Shown one piece after another: positions 35,488-43,866 of a DNA stretch of 64,000 nt (position 1 is its first letter; every line of letters starts with the position of its first letter). The notes beneath the pieces were generated by a model. The model had not been told where the DNA came from, made no database searches, and saw only the letters and a list, made by a program, of their open reading frames with translations. Source of the stretch: a virus; IMG/VR virus record IMGVR_UViG_3300049137_000145, positions 29,477-93,476 of that record. One strand, given 5' to 3'. The translations under genes and the position numbers were made by a program.

Positions 35488-38400
35488 ATGACTCAGACGA
35501 CCCCTGAGCGCCAGCCGTGCGGGACGTGCGGCAAGCCGTGCTCCGTCAACGCGGACGGGACGGTCCGCCACCACCTCACCGACAACCCCGACTTCCAGGC
35601 CGGACCCGACAGCCGCAAATGCAAGGGTGCGGGGCAGCCACCGGCCGGCGCGGCCGGACTCGCCCTTGCCGAGGACATGGCAGCCGAGAAGCAGCCGCAG
35701 TGCCGTCTGTGCAAGCACCCGGTGGAGCTGACCAGTAACGGCCGGGCCCGCAGTCACCTGACGACCGAGCAGACGCCACGCCCCTGCCCCGGTGGCAGCG
35801 ACTTCCCGCTGGGGATGTACCCGGACATCGTCGGCACGACGGACGGCAGGGTGGCCACGCTCGTCACCGACTGCGGGCACGTCCCGGCAGGCCAGTGCTA
35901 CGGCTGCCACGGCGCGGCCGGGAAGCCGGTCAGCGACGCTGAACTGGACGCCATGGCGGAGGCCGAGGGCACCGGCGCGGCGCCGTGGGGCGTTGCCTCG
36001 GCGGCAATGCAGCAGCCGACCATGGCCGACCAGTTCACGACAGCGGCCGTGTCAGTGACCTGTGGGTGCGGCGCCTCGTGGCCGTCGAACGAGGAGATGC
36101 AGAAGGTCGGGCATGGTCTGACGCAGTGCCCGAAGGACCGCGCGGCCGGACCGTCTATGGCCGGTGAGTACCCGTTCCCGAAGACCTCGCCCCTCACGGC
36201 GCTGATGGAGCGGGAGGCGGCCGGCGTCGGGACGGTCCTGGACGCGATGGACGGTGACACCCGGACCGAGGCCGAGCAGTTCATGGACGCGACGGTCCCC
36301 ACGCAGCCGACGGCCCAGAACGAGTGCACGCACGACCGGTACGAGAACTTCGGCCTGAAGGCAGGAGTGCGCTGCGTCGCCTGCAACGCTCAGCACCCCG
36401 ATCCGCACGCCTACGCGGCTGACGTAGCCATTTCCACCGTGGAGGCTGAGCGGGACGAGGTGAACCGGCAGCACGCCGAAGTTCTGGCCGACGTTCGGCG
36501 TCGGGCCTACCCGGAAGGGGTCTACTGCGAGCAGTGCGACACCGACAACCACCGGTGCCCCGGCTGCGGCACGGATGTTCCGCATGGCACCGTGGCCTGC
36601 CCCGCGTGCACCCGGGAGACATGCACGCACCCCCACGGGTTCATCGAGAACGATCCGGTAGACGACGACGGCGAGGACCTGGTCTTCAGGTGCGGAGAGT
36701 GCGGCGCTGTAGGTGTCGGGGACAAACCGGCCGGTCCCGACCCCGAGCTGCCCAACTGCTCGTACCCGGAGACGCATCGCGCGGGCTGCGGCTGCCCGGA
36801 CGACGACAGTGCGTGCCGGGAGCCGGAGGACGGCTGGCGTACCCCGCTGGACCTCATGGAGAAGATGCCCGAGGACGTCCGGGGTCTGGACGCGCTGCGG
36901 CTCAACTGCGTGACGTGTGACCACCCGGTAACGCCGCTGGTGGACTACTTCGCTCCGGACGGTCGCGCGGCACGGGTCGTGTGGGCCTGCGAGAACCACC
37001 TGCACGCCACCAACCCGTGCCGGGACCACGAGTGCTCGCCGGACACCCGCGCCCGTCTCGGAGAGCTGGACGAAGGCGATTACTTCCTGCGGAACGGCAC
37101 GCTCATGCGCCTGACGGAACGGGAGTCGGGCAGCTCGGTGCTGGCTGAGGTGATGGACGGCCCGTACAAGGGCCGCACCGGCGAGCTGAAGAACCTGAAC
37201 GAAGTGGTTCAGCGAGCGCCCGAGCCGCAAGCCGTGGAGGAGCCCGAGGGTCAGGACTGCAAGCCGCAGGACAAGCCGTCGTTGGGCCCGGTGCGCGTCG
37301 GCGACCTGGAGCACGGTGACGTCTTCATCCGGCGCGGCACCGCCATGCGTGTGACGAGCGCGGGTTACGGCCTGGTGGAGGCCATCGTCGTGGACAACGG
37401 CCCGCACGCCGGGCGTACCGGTGAGTTGAGGAATCCGGACGAAGTGGTGGACCGCGCACCGTGCCGTCACGAATTCGCCTGGGCGGACGACGGCAAGTTC
37501 GGACACGCCGGGTCGTTCTGCGACTACTGCGGCGCCCCGGACCCCGCAGACCAGACCAAGGGACAGGAGACCACGGAATGCACGGACGACAGGACGCCGC
37601 AGCAGCGGCCCGCTTCTTCGGCGGCATCGACGCCGACAACGACCAGGGCGACCACGGACCTGGCCCCTGGTTCGAGGCCGCCTACCCCGGCGAGTGCGCC
37701 GGCTGTTTCGCCGAAATCGGGATCGGTGACATCATCCGCGCCGACGGCGAGGGCGGCTGGGAACGGCGGGAGTGCTGCGGTGACGACTGACCAGGCATCA
37801 GCGGCAGCGGCGTTCCTCGGCAGCGGGCGGCCGACGGCCTCGGCTTCGGCGGGTCCCGCGAATCAGGCGGACGCGGCGGCGCAGTTCCTCGCCGGCGGCT
37901 CGGGCGCGCACGGGGAGAAGGAGACCAAGCGCGACCGCTTCGGCAGGTACCTGATTCCGCACCCGGACACCGGTAAGGAGACCGCGTGGACGCGGTCCAC
38001 CACGTTCGCCAAGTCGATCAGCGACACGTACGCCCTGTCCCAGTGGGGGCTGCGCATGGCGCTGCTCGGGGCGACGATGCGGCCGGACATCGTGCGGCGG
38101 GCGCACGGCAAGCACGTCAGGGCGGACAAGGCCCTGCTGGACGAACTGACGGCGGAGCTGAAGAATGCGGCCGGTGACAAGGTCGCGGCCAATCTCGGCA
38201 CCGCGATGCACTCCTTCACGGAGATGGCGGACCGGGCGTGGCACTCCCCCGGCGGACCACGCAGCATCTTGGACCAGGTGCCGCCGGACTGTCGCGAGAT
38301 GGTCGAGACGTACATCCGGCTGCTGGAAGAGACGGGTCTGGAGCCCGTGCCGCACCTCATCGAGTTCACCACGGTCGTCAAGCAGTACGGCGTCGCCGGG

Positions 38401-39048
38401 ACCTCGGACAACTGCTACAAGGTCACCAAGCCGCTCACGCTGAAGATCGGCCGGGCCGAGGTCCGCTTCCAGCCGGGCGAGTACGTCATCGGCGACAAGA
38501 AGACCGGCCGGGACCTGGACTACGGCTGGCAGGAGATCGCCATTCAGCTCAGCACGTACGCGCAGGGCATCAACACAGCCGGTGTGTGGGACCGGCATGA
38601 CGAGGTCTGGGAGCCTGACCCGCTGAGCCGGTTCGACAAGCCGGGGACGAAGGTCCGCACGGACGCCGGGGTCGTCATTCACCTGCCGGTGGACCAGGAG
38701 TCCGAGAAGATGCCGACCGTCTACGGCGTTGATCTGGAGTCCGGCTGGAACGCGGCCGTGCTGTGTGAGCGGGTCAGGGCCTGGCGCAAGGTGCGCACCC
38801 TCGCCTCGCCGGTCATGGTCTCCGATGCGGACACGTTCGCCCCCGCGCGGTCCGAGCCGGCGGTTACCTCACGGACCACGGTCCGGCCGCCGTCGTTGAT
38901 GGACAAGGCGAGGGCGGTCACGTCCAAGAGCGAGGCATCTGCCGTGTGGAAGGAGGCCAAGACGGCCGGTCTGTCCGACGCAGAGGTGGACAGGCTGGTC
39001 GGCGTCATGCAGTCGCGGCTGAAGGAACTGGCCGAACCCGGGGGCTGA
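35488..39048 (+). CDS. uninterrupted 1186-aa ORF: multi-zinc-ribbon N-terminal part plus C-terminal PD-(D/E)XK (Cas4/RecB-like) exonuclease; probably composite (see findings)
   Basis: The N-terminal about 690 aa carry many CxxC pairs and two internal about 50-aa repeats (GD.F.R.GT.MR.T...GRTGEL.N..EVV.RAP). The C-terminal about 420 aa have GTAMHSF...GTSDNCYKV...VIGDKKTG...QLSTYAQG. Between 37578 and 37790 the codon bias favours another frame. Confidence 0.7.
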   Translation: MTQTTPERQPCGTCGKPCSVNADGTVRHHLTDNPDFQAGPDSRKCKGAGQPPAGAAGLALAEDMAAEKQPQCRLCKHPVELTSNGRARSHLTTEQTPRPCPGGSDFPLGMYPDIVGTTDGRVATLVTDCGHVPAGQCYGCHGAAGKPVSDAELDAMAEAEGTGAAPWGVASAAMQQPTMADQFTTAAVSVTCGCGASWPSNEEMQKVGHGLTQCPKDRAAGPSMAGEYPFPKTSPLTALMEREAAGVGTVLDAMDGDTRTEAEQFMDATVPTQPTAQNECTHDRYENFGLKAGVRCVACNAQHPDPHAYAADVAISTVEAERDEVNRQHAEVLADVRRRAYPEGVYCEQCDTDNHRCPGCGTDVPHGTVACPACTRETCTHPHGFIENDPVDDDGEDLVFRCGECGAVGVGDKPAGPDPELPNCSYPETHRAGCGCPDDDSACREPEDGWRTPLDLMEKMPEDVRGLDALRLNCVTCDHPVTPLVDYFAPDGRAARVVWACENHLHATNPCRDHECSPDTRARLGELDEGDYFLRNGTLMRLTERESGSSVLAEVMDGPYKGRTGELKNLNEVVQRAPEPQAVEEPEGQDCKPQDKPSLGPVRVGDLEHGDVFIRRGTAMRVTSAGYGLVEAIVVDNGPHAGRTGELRNPDEVVDRAPCRHEFAWADDGKFGHAGSFCDYCGAPDPADQTKGQETTECTDDRTPQQRPASSAASTPTTTRATTDLAPGSRPPTPASAPAVSPKSGSVTSSAPTARAAGNGGSAAVTTDQASAAAAFLGSGRPTASASAGPANQADAAAQFLAGGSGAHGEKETKRDRFGRYLIPHPDTGKETAWTRSTTFAKSISDTYALSQWGLRMALLGATMRPDIVRRAHGKHVRADKALLDELTAELKNAAGDKVAANLGTAMHSFTEMADRAWHSPGGPRSILDQVPPDCREMVETYIRLLEETGLEPVPHLIEFTTVVKQYGVAGTSDNCYKVTKPLTLKIGRAEVRFQPGEYVIGDKKTGRDLDYGWQEIAIQLSTYAQGINTAGVWDRHDEVWEPDPLSRFDKPGTKVRTDAGVVIHLPVDQESEKMPTVYGVDLESGWNAAVLCERVRAWRKVRTLASPVMVSDADTFAPARSEPAVTSRTTVRPPSLMDKARAVTSKSEASAVWKEAKTAGLSDAEVDRLVGVMQSRLKELAEPGG
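37578..37790 (+). CDS. candidate 70-aa gene in an alternative frame inside the giant ORF
   Basis: MHGRQDAAAAARFFGGIDADNDQGDHGPGPWFEAAYPGECAGCFAEIGIGDIIRADGEGGWERRECCGDD. Third positions are nearly all G/C. It is preceded by the leader-like GACCAAGGGACAGGAGACCACGGA. Its stop overlaps the in-frame GTG at 37780. Confidence 0.5.
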   Translation: MHGRQDAAAAARFFGGIDADNDQGDHGPGPWFEAAYPGECAGCFAEIGIGDIIRADGEGGWERRECCGDD

Positions 39049-39075
39049 AGAGGGTTTAACTAAATCCTCCGAAGG
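39045..39075 (+). promoter_or_regulatory. degenerate AT-rich promoter-type box
   Basis: GGGTTTAACTAAATCC, then TATCATAAAA. There is no clear -35. Confidence 0.35.
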
Positions 39076-39308
39076 GGTATCATAAAAGCACACGGAACAG
39101 CTCAACTCCGGGCGGGCAGAACCTTTGTGACGATTCGTCACCAACCCGCCCGGACCAACTCCACAGAGACCTCCCCGGAGCCGCACCCCTCCGTCTCCGG
39201 GGACACAGAAGACCCAACGACGAACCAGCCGTGCGGCAAGTAGCCCAAGGGCGAAACACCTACACCGGCGGTCGGCTCGGGGTCTGGCGGCGGCCGTAAA
39301 ACGCTGGA

Positions 39309-39404
39309 CGCGCGGTAGCTCAACAGGCCAGAGCCCCGAGGATCCGGACCGTCCCCCGTTCCGGCAGACCCTCGGAGATCCGGGTTCGAGACCCGGCCGC
39401 GCAC
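39309..39404 (+). tRNA. tRNA-like element with a non-canonical expanded anticodon arm (possible Arg-CCG with a 21-nt insertion)
   Basis: Acceptor CGCGCGG/CCGCGCA with a C1-A72 mismatch. TA, then D-arm GCTC-AACAGGCCA-GAGC. Anticodon stem CCGAGG/CCTCGG encloses 28 nt containing an inner CCGGA/TCCGG helix. Variable loop AGAT. T-arm CCGGG-TTCGAGA-CCCGG. No CCA is encoded. Confidence 0.45.
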
Positions 39405-39484
39405 CGGAGCCACGCACTACCGGCTCCCCTCCACCGCCGCCGGCGGCAGAGGCACACAGGAACACAGCAGACAGGATCACAGGC

Positions 39485-40066
39485 ATGACCACTGCACCGC
39501 AGACCGACCCCTTCAGCGCCGACGCCGCGAAGGCGGCTGCCTTCCTCGGCGGGGGCACCGTCGCCGCGAAGTTCCCCACGGAGGGGTTCGTGGTCGAGGG
39601 GACCATCCTCTCCTTCCGGATGGCGCAGCAGACCGACATGGAGTCGGGCGAGCTGCTGTTCTGGGAAGGAAAGGAGCAGGTCGAGCAGTCCAAGCTCAAG
39701 TTCCCGCAGTCGGCCCGGCCGTGCGAACAGCTCGTCATCGAGCTTCAGTGCGAGCCGACCGGCGTCACGTGGGAGACCAACCGGTATGTGGAGCGTCAGC
39801 TCCCCGACGACGACGGCCTGCGCACCCTGTACGTCAAGGGAGGGCTCCAGCAGGCCGTCGGCAAAGCCCTGCGTGACGCCGACGTCCGGGCTCCGGAGAT
39901 CGGAGGCAAGCTGAAGGTCCAGCGCGGCAAGGACACCAAGCGCGCCGGGAGCAAGTACTACAGCTACACGTACACCGCGCAGTACACCCGGGCCGACCAG
40001 AACGGCGACCAGGCGGCCGGGTTCCTCGCGCAGGGGGGTGAGGCGCCGGACCCGTTCGGCGGCTGA
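39485..40066 (+). CDS. hypothetical protein (193 aa), possible recombination/ssDNA partner of the upstream nuclease
   Basis: Listed ORF with N-terminal AAKAAAFLGGG and C-terminal AAGFLAQGGEAPDPFGG motifs. The function is a guess from position only. Confidence 0.6.
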   Translation: MTTAPQTDPFSADAAKAAAFLGGGTVAAKFPTEGFVVEGTILSFRMAQQTDMESGELLFWEGKEQVEQSKLKFPQSARPCEQLVIELQCEPTGVTWETNRYVERQLPDDDGLRTLYVKGGLQQAVGKALRDADVRAPEIGGKLKVQRGKDTKRAGSKYYSYTYTAQYTRADQNGDQAAGFLAQGGEAPDPFGG

Positions 40067-40086
40067 CCGCACAGCACAGCCCATAA

Positions 40087-40122
40087 GGAAGACCCCGAGC
40101 AGAGCGCGCTCGGGGTCTTCCC
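40087..40122. terminator. bidirectional hairpin between convergent genes
   Basis: GGAAGACCCCGAGC-n7-GCTCGGGGTCTTCC. Confidence 0.65.
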
Positions 40123-40155
40123 GCGTTCACGGCCGAAGCCGCGTTCGGCATCATG

Positions 40156-40734
40156 TCAGACGGCCACCTTTCGTCGGCGGCGGGTCTGCTTCGGCACGGG
40201 CGGCGCGAAGACCGGAGCTGTCTCGCCCACGACCGGCCACGTCACCACGCGCAGGGCGTCGATGTTGTGCTGGGGCATTCGGACCAGCGGTTCGCCGTAG
40301 GCGGCGTGGCCGGCTGCCCGCAGCCACCACGCATCGCACTGGTCCCCGCCCGCGTCGCCAGGGAACTTCCGCCCGGCGTAGGTGAGCGCGGCCAGGGCCA
40401 TGGACTCCTTGTCGGCCCCGCCGCCGTAGCCGGTGGCGTACAGCTTCAGAGTCTTTGCATTGACCAGGGCGTAAGGGACCCCGGCCCGCCCGAGTACGAG
40501 TACTGCGACCGCGTGCACCATCGGGACGACCTTGGCCGCGTCGCCCTTCAGCCCGGCCCGGATGTCCTCCACCACGGCGAGGTCCGGCCGGGCGACACGC
40601 ACAGCCGCCGACAGTCGTTCCTCGATGAAGAGCAGCCGGCCGTACCCCTTGCCGCGCGGCTTGATGACGGCTGAAGAGCCGTCCGGGAAAGCCACCCCGG
40701 TGGCCGATATCGACAGGTCCAGACCCATGATCCG
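40156..40734 (-). CDS. ruvC: RuvC-like Holliday junction resolvase
   Basis: MRIMGLDLSISATGVA (first catalytic Asp), ...VVEDI... and ...DQCDAWWL. The leader is GGGACCAAGGA. Confidence 0.7.
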   Translation of the reverse strand, partial: RIMGLDLSISATGVAFPDGSSAVIKPRGKGYGRLLFIEERLSAAVRVARPDLAVVEDIRAGLKGDAAKVVPMVHAVAVLVLGRAGVPYALVNAKTLKLYATGYGGGADKESMALAALTYAGRKFPGDAGGDQCDAWWLRAAGHAAYGEPLVRMPQHNIDALRVVTWPVVGETAPVFAPPVPKQTRRRRKVAV

Positions 40735-40756
40735 CATTCCTTGGTCCCTCCGCCCG

Positions 40757-40795
40757 AACGTCATTTCACTAAATCAAACTTACCCATTACGCTGA
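40757..40795 (-). promoter_or_regulatory. degenerate AT-rich promoter box for the ruvC-like gene
   Basis: Minus strand GTTTGATTTAGTGAAATGAC. The -35 is weak. Confidence 0.4.
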
Positions 40796-40904
40796 GCCGT
40801 CACCCTTCCCGGGTTTGATCCGCATAACGGCTCGATCCCGGGCGATGCCCGGGACACCCCAGTGGGTACGCTCGGAGCAGGACCATGGACTGAGGAGCGA
40901 GACA

Positions 40905-41372
40905 ATGACGAGCCCTGCACCCCTGCCCGGACGCGATGCCGTCGGGCGGGACGGCACTTGGACGATCACCGATCAGTATGGCGGTTCTCTCACCGTCACC
41001 GGAGCGCTGCTGGGTGTCGGGTCCAGCTATCGGCCCCGGCACCAGAACCACCCGGACACCGAGTTCGCCCCGCCGCGCACTCACTGCTCCACCTGTCGCT
41101 GGACCGAAATCAGGATTTTCGCTGTCGACCAGGACAGCGAAGTGGCGCTCGGGCAGTACCTGGTGGTCAAAAGCGGAATGTCAGCCATCCCCACCGAGCA
41201 CGATTTCGTGGAATGGGAGTGGCTGATCACCGGGCACGAGGTGATGGAGCTGCTGACCACACGACGGGGCACAGACACGTTTCTCACCGCGCCGGCGTCA
41301 CGTGCCGCGTCGCAGGCCGCGGAGTACGACTCCGGGATGAGGGACGCCTGGCTCAACCGTGCGGTGAAGTAG
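40905..41372 (+). CDS. hypothetical protein (155 aa)
   Basis: ATG (MTSPAPLPG) after GAGGAGCGAGACA, inside listed ORF 40815..41372. Confidence 0.55.
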   Translation: MTSPAPLPGRDAVGRDGTWTITDQYGGSLTVTGALLGVGSSYRPRHQNHPDTEFAPPRTHCSTCRWTEIRIFAVDQDSEVALGQYLVVKSGMSAIPTEHDFVEWEWLITGHEVMELLTTRRGTDTFLTAPASRAASQAAEYDSGMRDAWLNRAVK

Positions 41373-41455
41373 CAGCCCGCACAGCCCTGTTCGGGTCCAG
41401 CGCAAGTCGCTGATACCGTCCTCCGCTTTGACGGAACCGGACGGAAGGCGGGCAC

Positions 41456-41734
41456 ATGGGCACGCACCGAGCGCGAAGGATCTCCGCCAGGGACCTGCGG
41501 AAGGCGTACGCCGGTCTGCGCGAGGCCTACGAAAGGCTGTTGCGCGAGCACCTGGAACTGAAGAACGGCCCCTCCGGCCTGCTGGACTCCGTGCCCAGCG
41601 GGCCGTTGTCGTCCGGAACAAAACCGGTGCTGTGGCAGGCACCGCCGTGCGGAGCAGAGCCCATGGGTGTGGACACAGCCTGTGAGCTGGTCAGGTCCAC
41701 CGGTCTGCTCACGTCACCCGGGCTTGAGCAGTGA
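41456..41734 (+). CDS. hypothetical protein (92 aa)
   Basis: Listed ORF. Confidence 0.5.
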   Translation: MGTHRARRISARDLRKAYAGLREAYERLLREHLELKNGPSGLLDSVPSGPLSSGTKPVLWQAPPCGAEPMGVDTACELVRSTGLLTSPGLEQ

Positions 41735-41797
41735 CAGCGCCGGGTATACCGATTAAGATAAATCATCGAACCCTGTGCAACCTCCGAGGAAGGAATC

Positions 41798-42064
41798 ATG
41801 AACATGACCGCGCAGCGCCCCCAGCGGGGGCGCCCAAGGCCCGCTGAGACCATTGAGCGAGACCAGCGGATTCTCGCCCTGCTCCGGAAGAACCCCAAGG
41901 GCATGGCCCGTAACGAGATCGCCGAGGTTATGGGTCTGAACAAGTCCCGCACGTACCTGTCGCTGGACCGGCTGCGCCGGAACGGTCTGGCCCGCAAGGT
42001 CAGCCCCGAAGGCTCCCAGGCGGACAAGGACACCCTCTGGGTACCCGTGACGACGGAGAGCTGA
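41798..42064 (+). CDS. winged-helix (MarR/ArsR-like) DNA-binding protein (88 aa)
   Basis: ILALLRKNPKGMARNEIAEVMGLNKSRTYLSLDRLRRNGLARKV. Confidence 0.65.
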   Translation: MNMTAQRPQRGRPRPAETIERDQRILALLRKNPKGMARNEIAEVMGLNKSRTYLSLDRLRRNGLARKVSPEGSQADKDTLWVPVTTES

Positions 42065-42435
42065 TGCCACAGGACCGGACACTCTACGACCGGGAGCCCG
42101 CACAAGACGCCGAAGGCGCCGACGGTGCGGGCTCTGTGGTTGTCGGTATCGACCTGTCGGCGCTGGACGGACTCGTCATGAACATCTGTGCGAACACCGA
42201 GCTGTGGGCGGGCCGGCCCGACGTGACCATGCGGACTTTCCAGCAGTTCCGCGAGAACATGGCTCGTGCGGGGCTCGCCGCTCAGCAGGCGATGTGCGGA
42301 CTCAGTGAGTCTCTGGGGCATGCGCGGCCTGTTCGGTCAGAGTCCAGAATCAGCATCGCGGTCCCTTTCGGGTCGGACGCGATGCACTGGACTCCGCCGG
42401 CCGACGGGAAGGAGATACCGTCATGCCCCGCCTGA
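42064..42435 (+). CDS. hypothetical protein (123 aa)
   Basis: Listed ORF, coupled ATGA-style to the upstream gene. Confidence 0.5.
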   Translation: MPQDRTLYDREPAQDAEGADGAGSVVVGIDLSALDGLVMNICANTELWAGRPDVTMRTFQQFRENMARAGLAAQQAMCGLSESLGHARPVRSESRISIAVPFGSDAMHWTPPADGKEIPSCPA

Positions 42436-43073
42436 GCGTCGCCGTTGTCATACCCACAATCCCCGGCCGCGAGGAGTTGCTGGAGCGTGCCCTCGCATCG
42501 GTCAGGGCGCAGAGGCGCCGGCCGGACCAGGTCGTCGTGGAGCGGGACTCCCTGCGGACCGGGGCCGACCAGGCCCGCAACCGGGCTCTGGAGCGGGTCA
42601 CCACTGACGTCGTGGCCTGGCTCGATGACGACGACGAGCTGAAGCCCAATCACCTCATGGCCTGCATGCGCGTGATGGAGCAGTCCCGCGAAACGCCGGA
42701 CCTCGTCTACCCGGCGCCGCAGGTGCGCGGAGGCGAGGACCGGACAGCCGTGTCCGTCCAGGGGCAGTGGGTTTCGCCGTGGGGCGTCCGCTTCGGGTCC
42801 GAGCAAGCAGCACATCTGCGCAGGTTCGGGTCCTTCATCCCGATCACGCACGTCGTACGGACGGAGAAAGTCCGTTTGATAGGGGGTTTCCGCCCTGGCC
42901 GCAACGTGACGACAGAAGGCATAGGACGCCGCTACCGTGGCGAGGACGAGGACTATCTGGTACGTCTGCTGGACGCAGGCGCCACGTTCGAACATCTGGA
43001 CGCGCGGACGTGGGTCTGGAACCTTCACGGGGGAAGCACCGCCGGCAGAGGACTCGCCTCGGTGAATACCTGA
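42423..43073 (+). CDS. family 2 glycosyltransferase
   Basis: VAVVIPTIPGREELLERALASV...ARNRAL...AWLDDDDE (DxD). It is a paralogue of 52009..52590 (FIPITHVVRTE versus YIPITVLVRTE). Confidence 0.8.
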   Translation: MPRLSVAVVIPTIPGREELLERALASVRAQRRRPDQVVVERDSLRTGADQARNRALERVTTDVVAWLDDDDELKPNHLMACMRVMEQSRETPDLVYPAPQVRGGEDRTAVSVQGQWVSPWGVRFGSEQAAHLRRFGSFIPITHVVRTEKVRLIGGFRPGRNVTTEGIGRRYRGEDEDYLVRLLDAGATFEHLDARTWVWNLHGGSTAGRGLASVNT

Positions 43074-43094
43074 ATACGGAAACGGAGGAGTGTC

Positions 43095-43238
43095 GTGTCG
43101 ACCACCACAGTCACGACCGGACCACCCCCCAGCAATGACGCCGCACTGCGGGACCGCATCCGCGAACTGACCAACGGGGATGCGGCGATCTCGGCCCCGG
43201 CCCTCACCCGGGACACCGTTCTGGAGATTCTGCGGTGA
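43095..43238 (+). CDS. possible small protein (47 aa)
   Basis: Hand-translated GTG ORF after GGAGGAG. It ends in a GTGA overlap with 43235. It is below the track cutoff. Confidence 0.35.
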   Translation: MSTTTVTTGPPPSNDAALRDRIRELTNGDAAISAPALTRDTVLEILR

Positions 43239-43564
43239 CCGGGCGGCAGAGGTACGGCTACGTCTACGGAGGAACGGCCACCTTCCAGGGGCAGACCCGG
43301 ACACTGGACGGGACAGCGTGGTCCCTGGGCCGGTGTGACGAGGTCCGTCTGCGTGCGGCTGCCGTACGGGACTTGTCCCGGACCGAGGACGTCCCACTTG
43401 CCGGAGTCGAGATCAGCGACTTCTGGTTCAGCGAAATCGTCACCGAGGACGACGGCCGGGACATCACAGGGACGAGCGGTGCCGACCCGTTCCGTCCCCA
43501 TCCGTGCACAGGTGCTGGCCAGGACCCGTTCCGTCCAGGTGTCCCCGAGGGCGGGGACACCTGA
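43235..43564 (+). CDS. hypothetical protein (109 aa)
   Basis: Listed ORF. Confidence 0.5.
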   Translation: MTGRQRYGYVYGGTATFQGQTRTLDGTAWSLGRCDEVRLRAAAVRDLSRTEDVPLAGVEISDFWFSEIVTEDDGRDITGTSGADPFRPHPCTGAGQDPFRPGVPEGGDT

Positions 43565-43800
43565 CGACGGGACACCGAGCCCCTGCGGGACAACCGCAGG
43601 GGCTTTGTCGTGTCCCGGGACGTGGCGTCTGTCCCTGCGGCTGTCCCCGTCCTCGGGGACACCGGGACACGGGACACGACGTCCGTCCCCGGAGCGGGAC
43701 AGACGGGCCGGGGACATGTCCCGAGGAGACGGAGACACGACTGGCGGGACATGTCCCGGGACAAAGGTTTGCCGGGACACGGGACACGGGGACAGATAGC
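43565..43800. repeat. dense array of GGGACA/TGTCCC hexamers including 12-bp palindromes
   Basis: At least 20 hexamer copies in 236 bp. GGGACATGTCCC occurs twice (about 43711 and 43746). TGTCCCGGGAC(A/G) occurs at about 43611 and 43752, and again at 43891. Confidence 0.85.
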
Positions 43801-43866
43801 GTGTACGATGATTTAAGGAAATCAGCACCGACCAAGGAATCGTGACCAAGGAAGCGAGGACAGACC

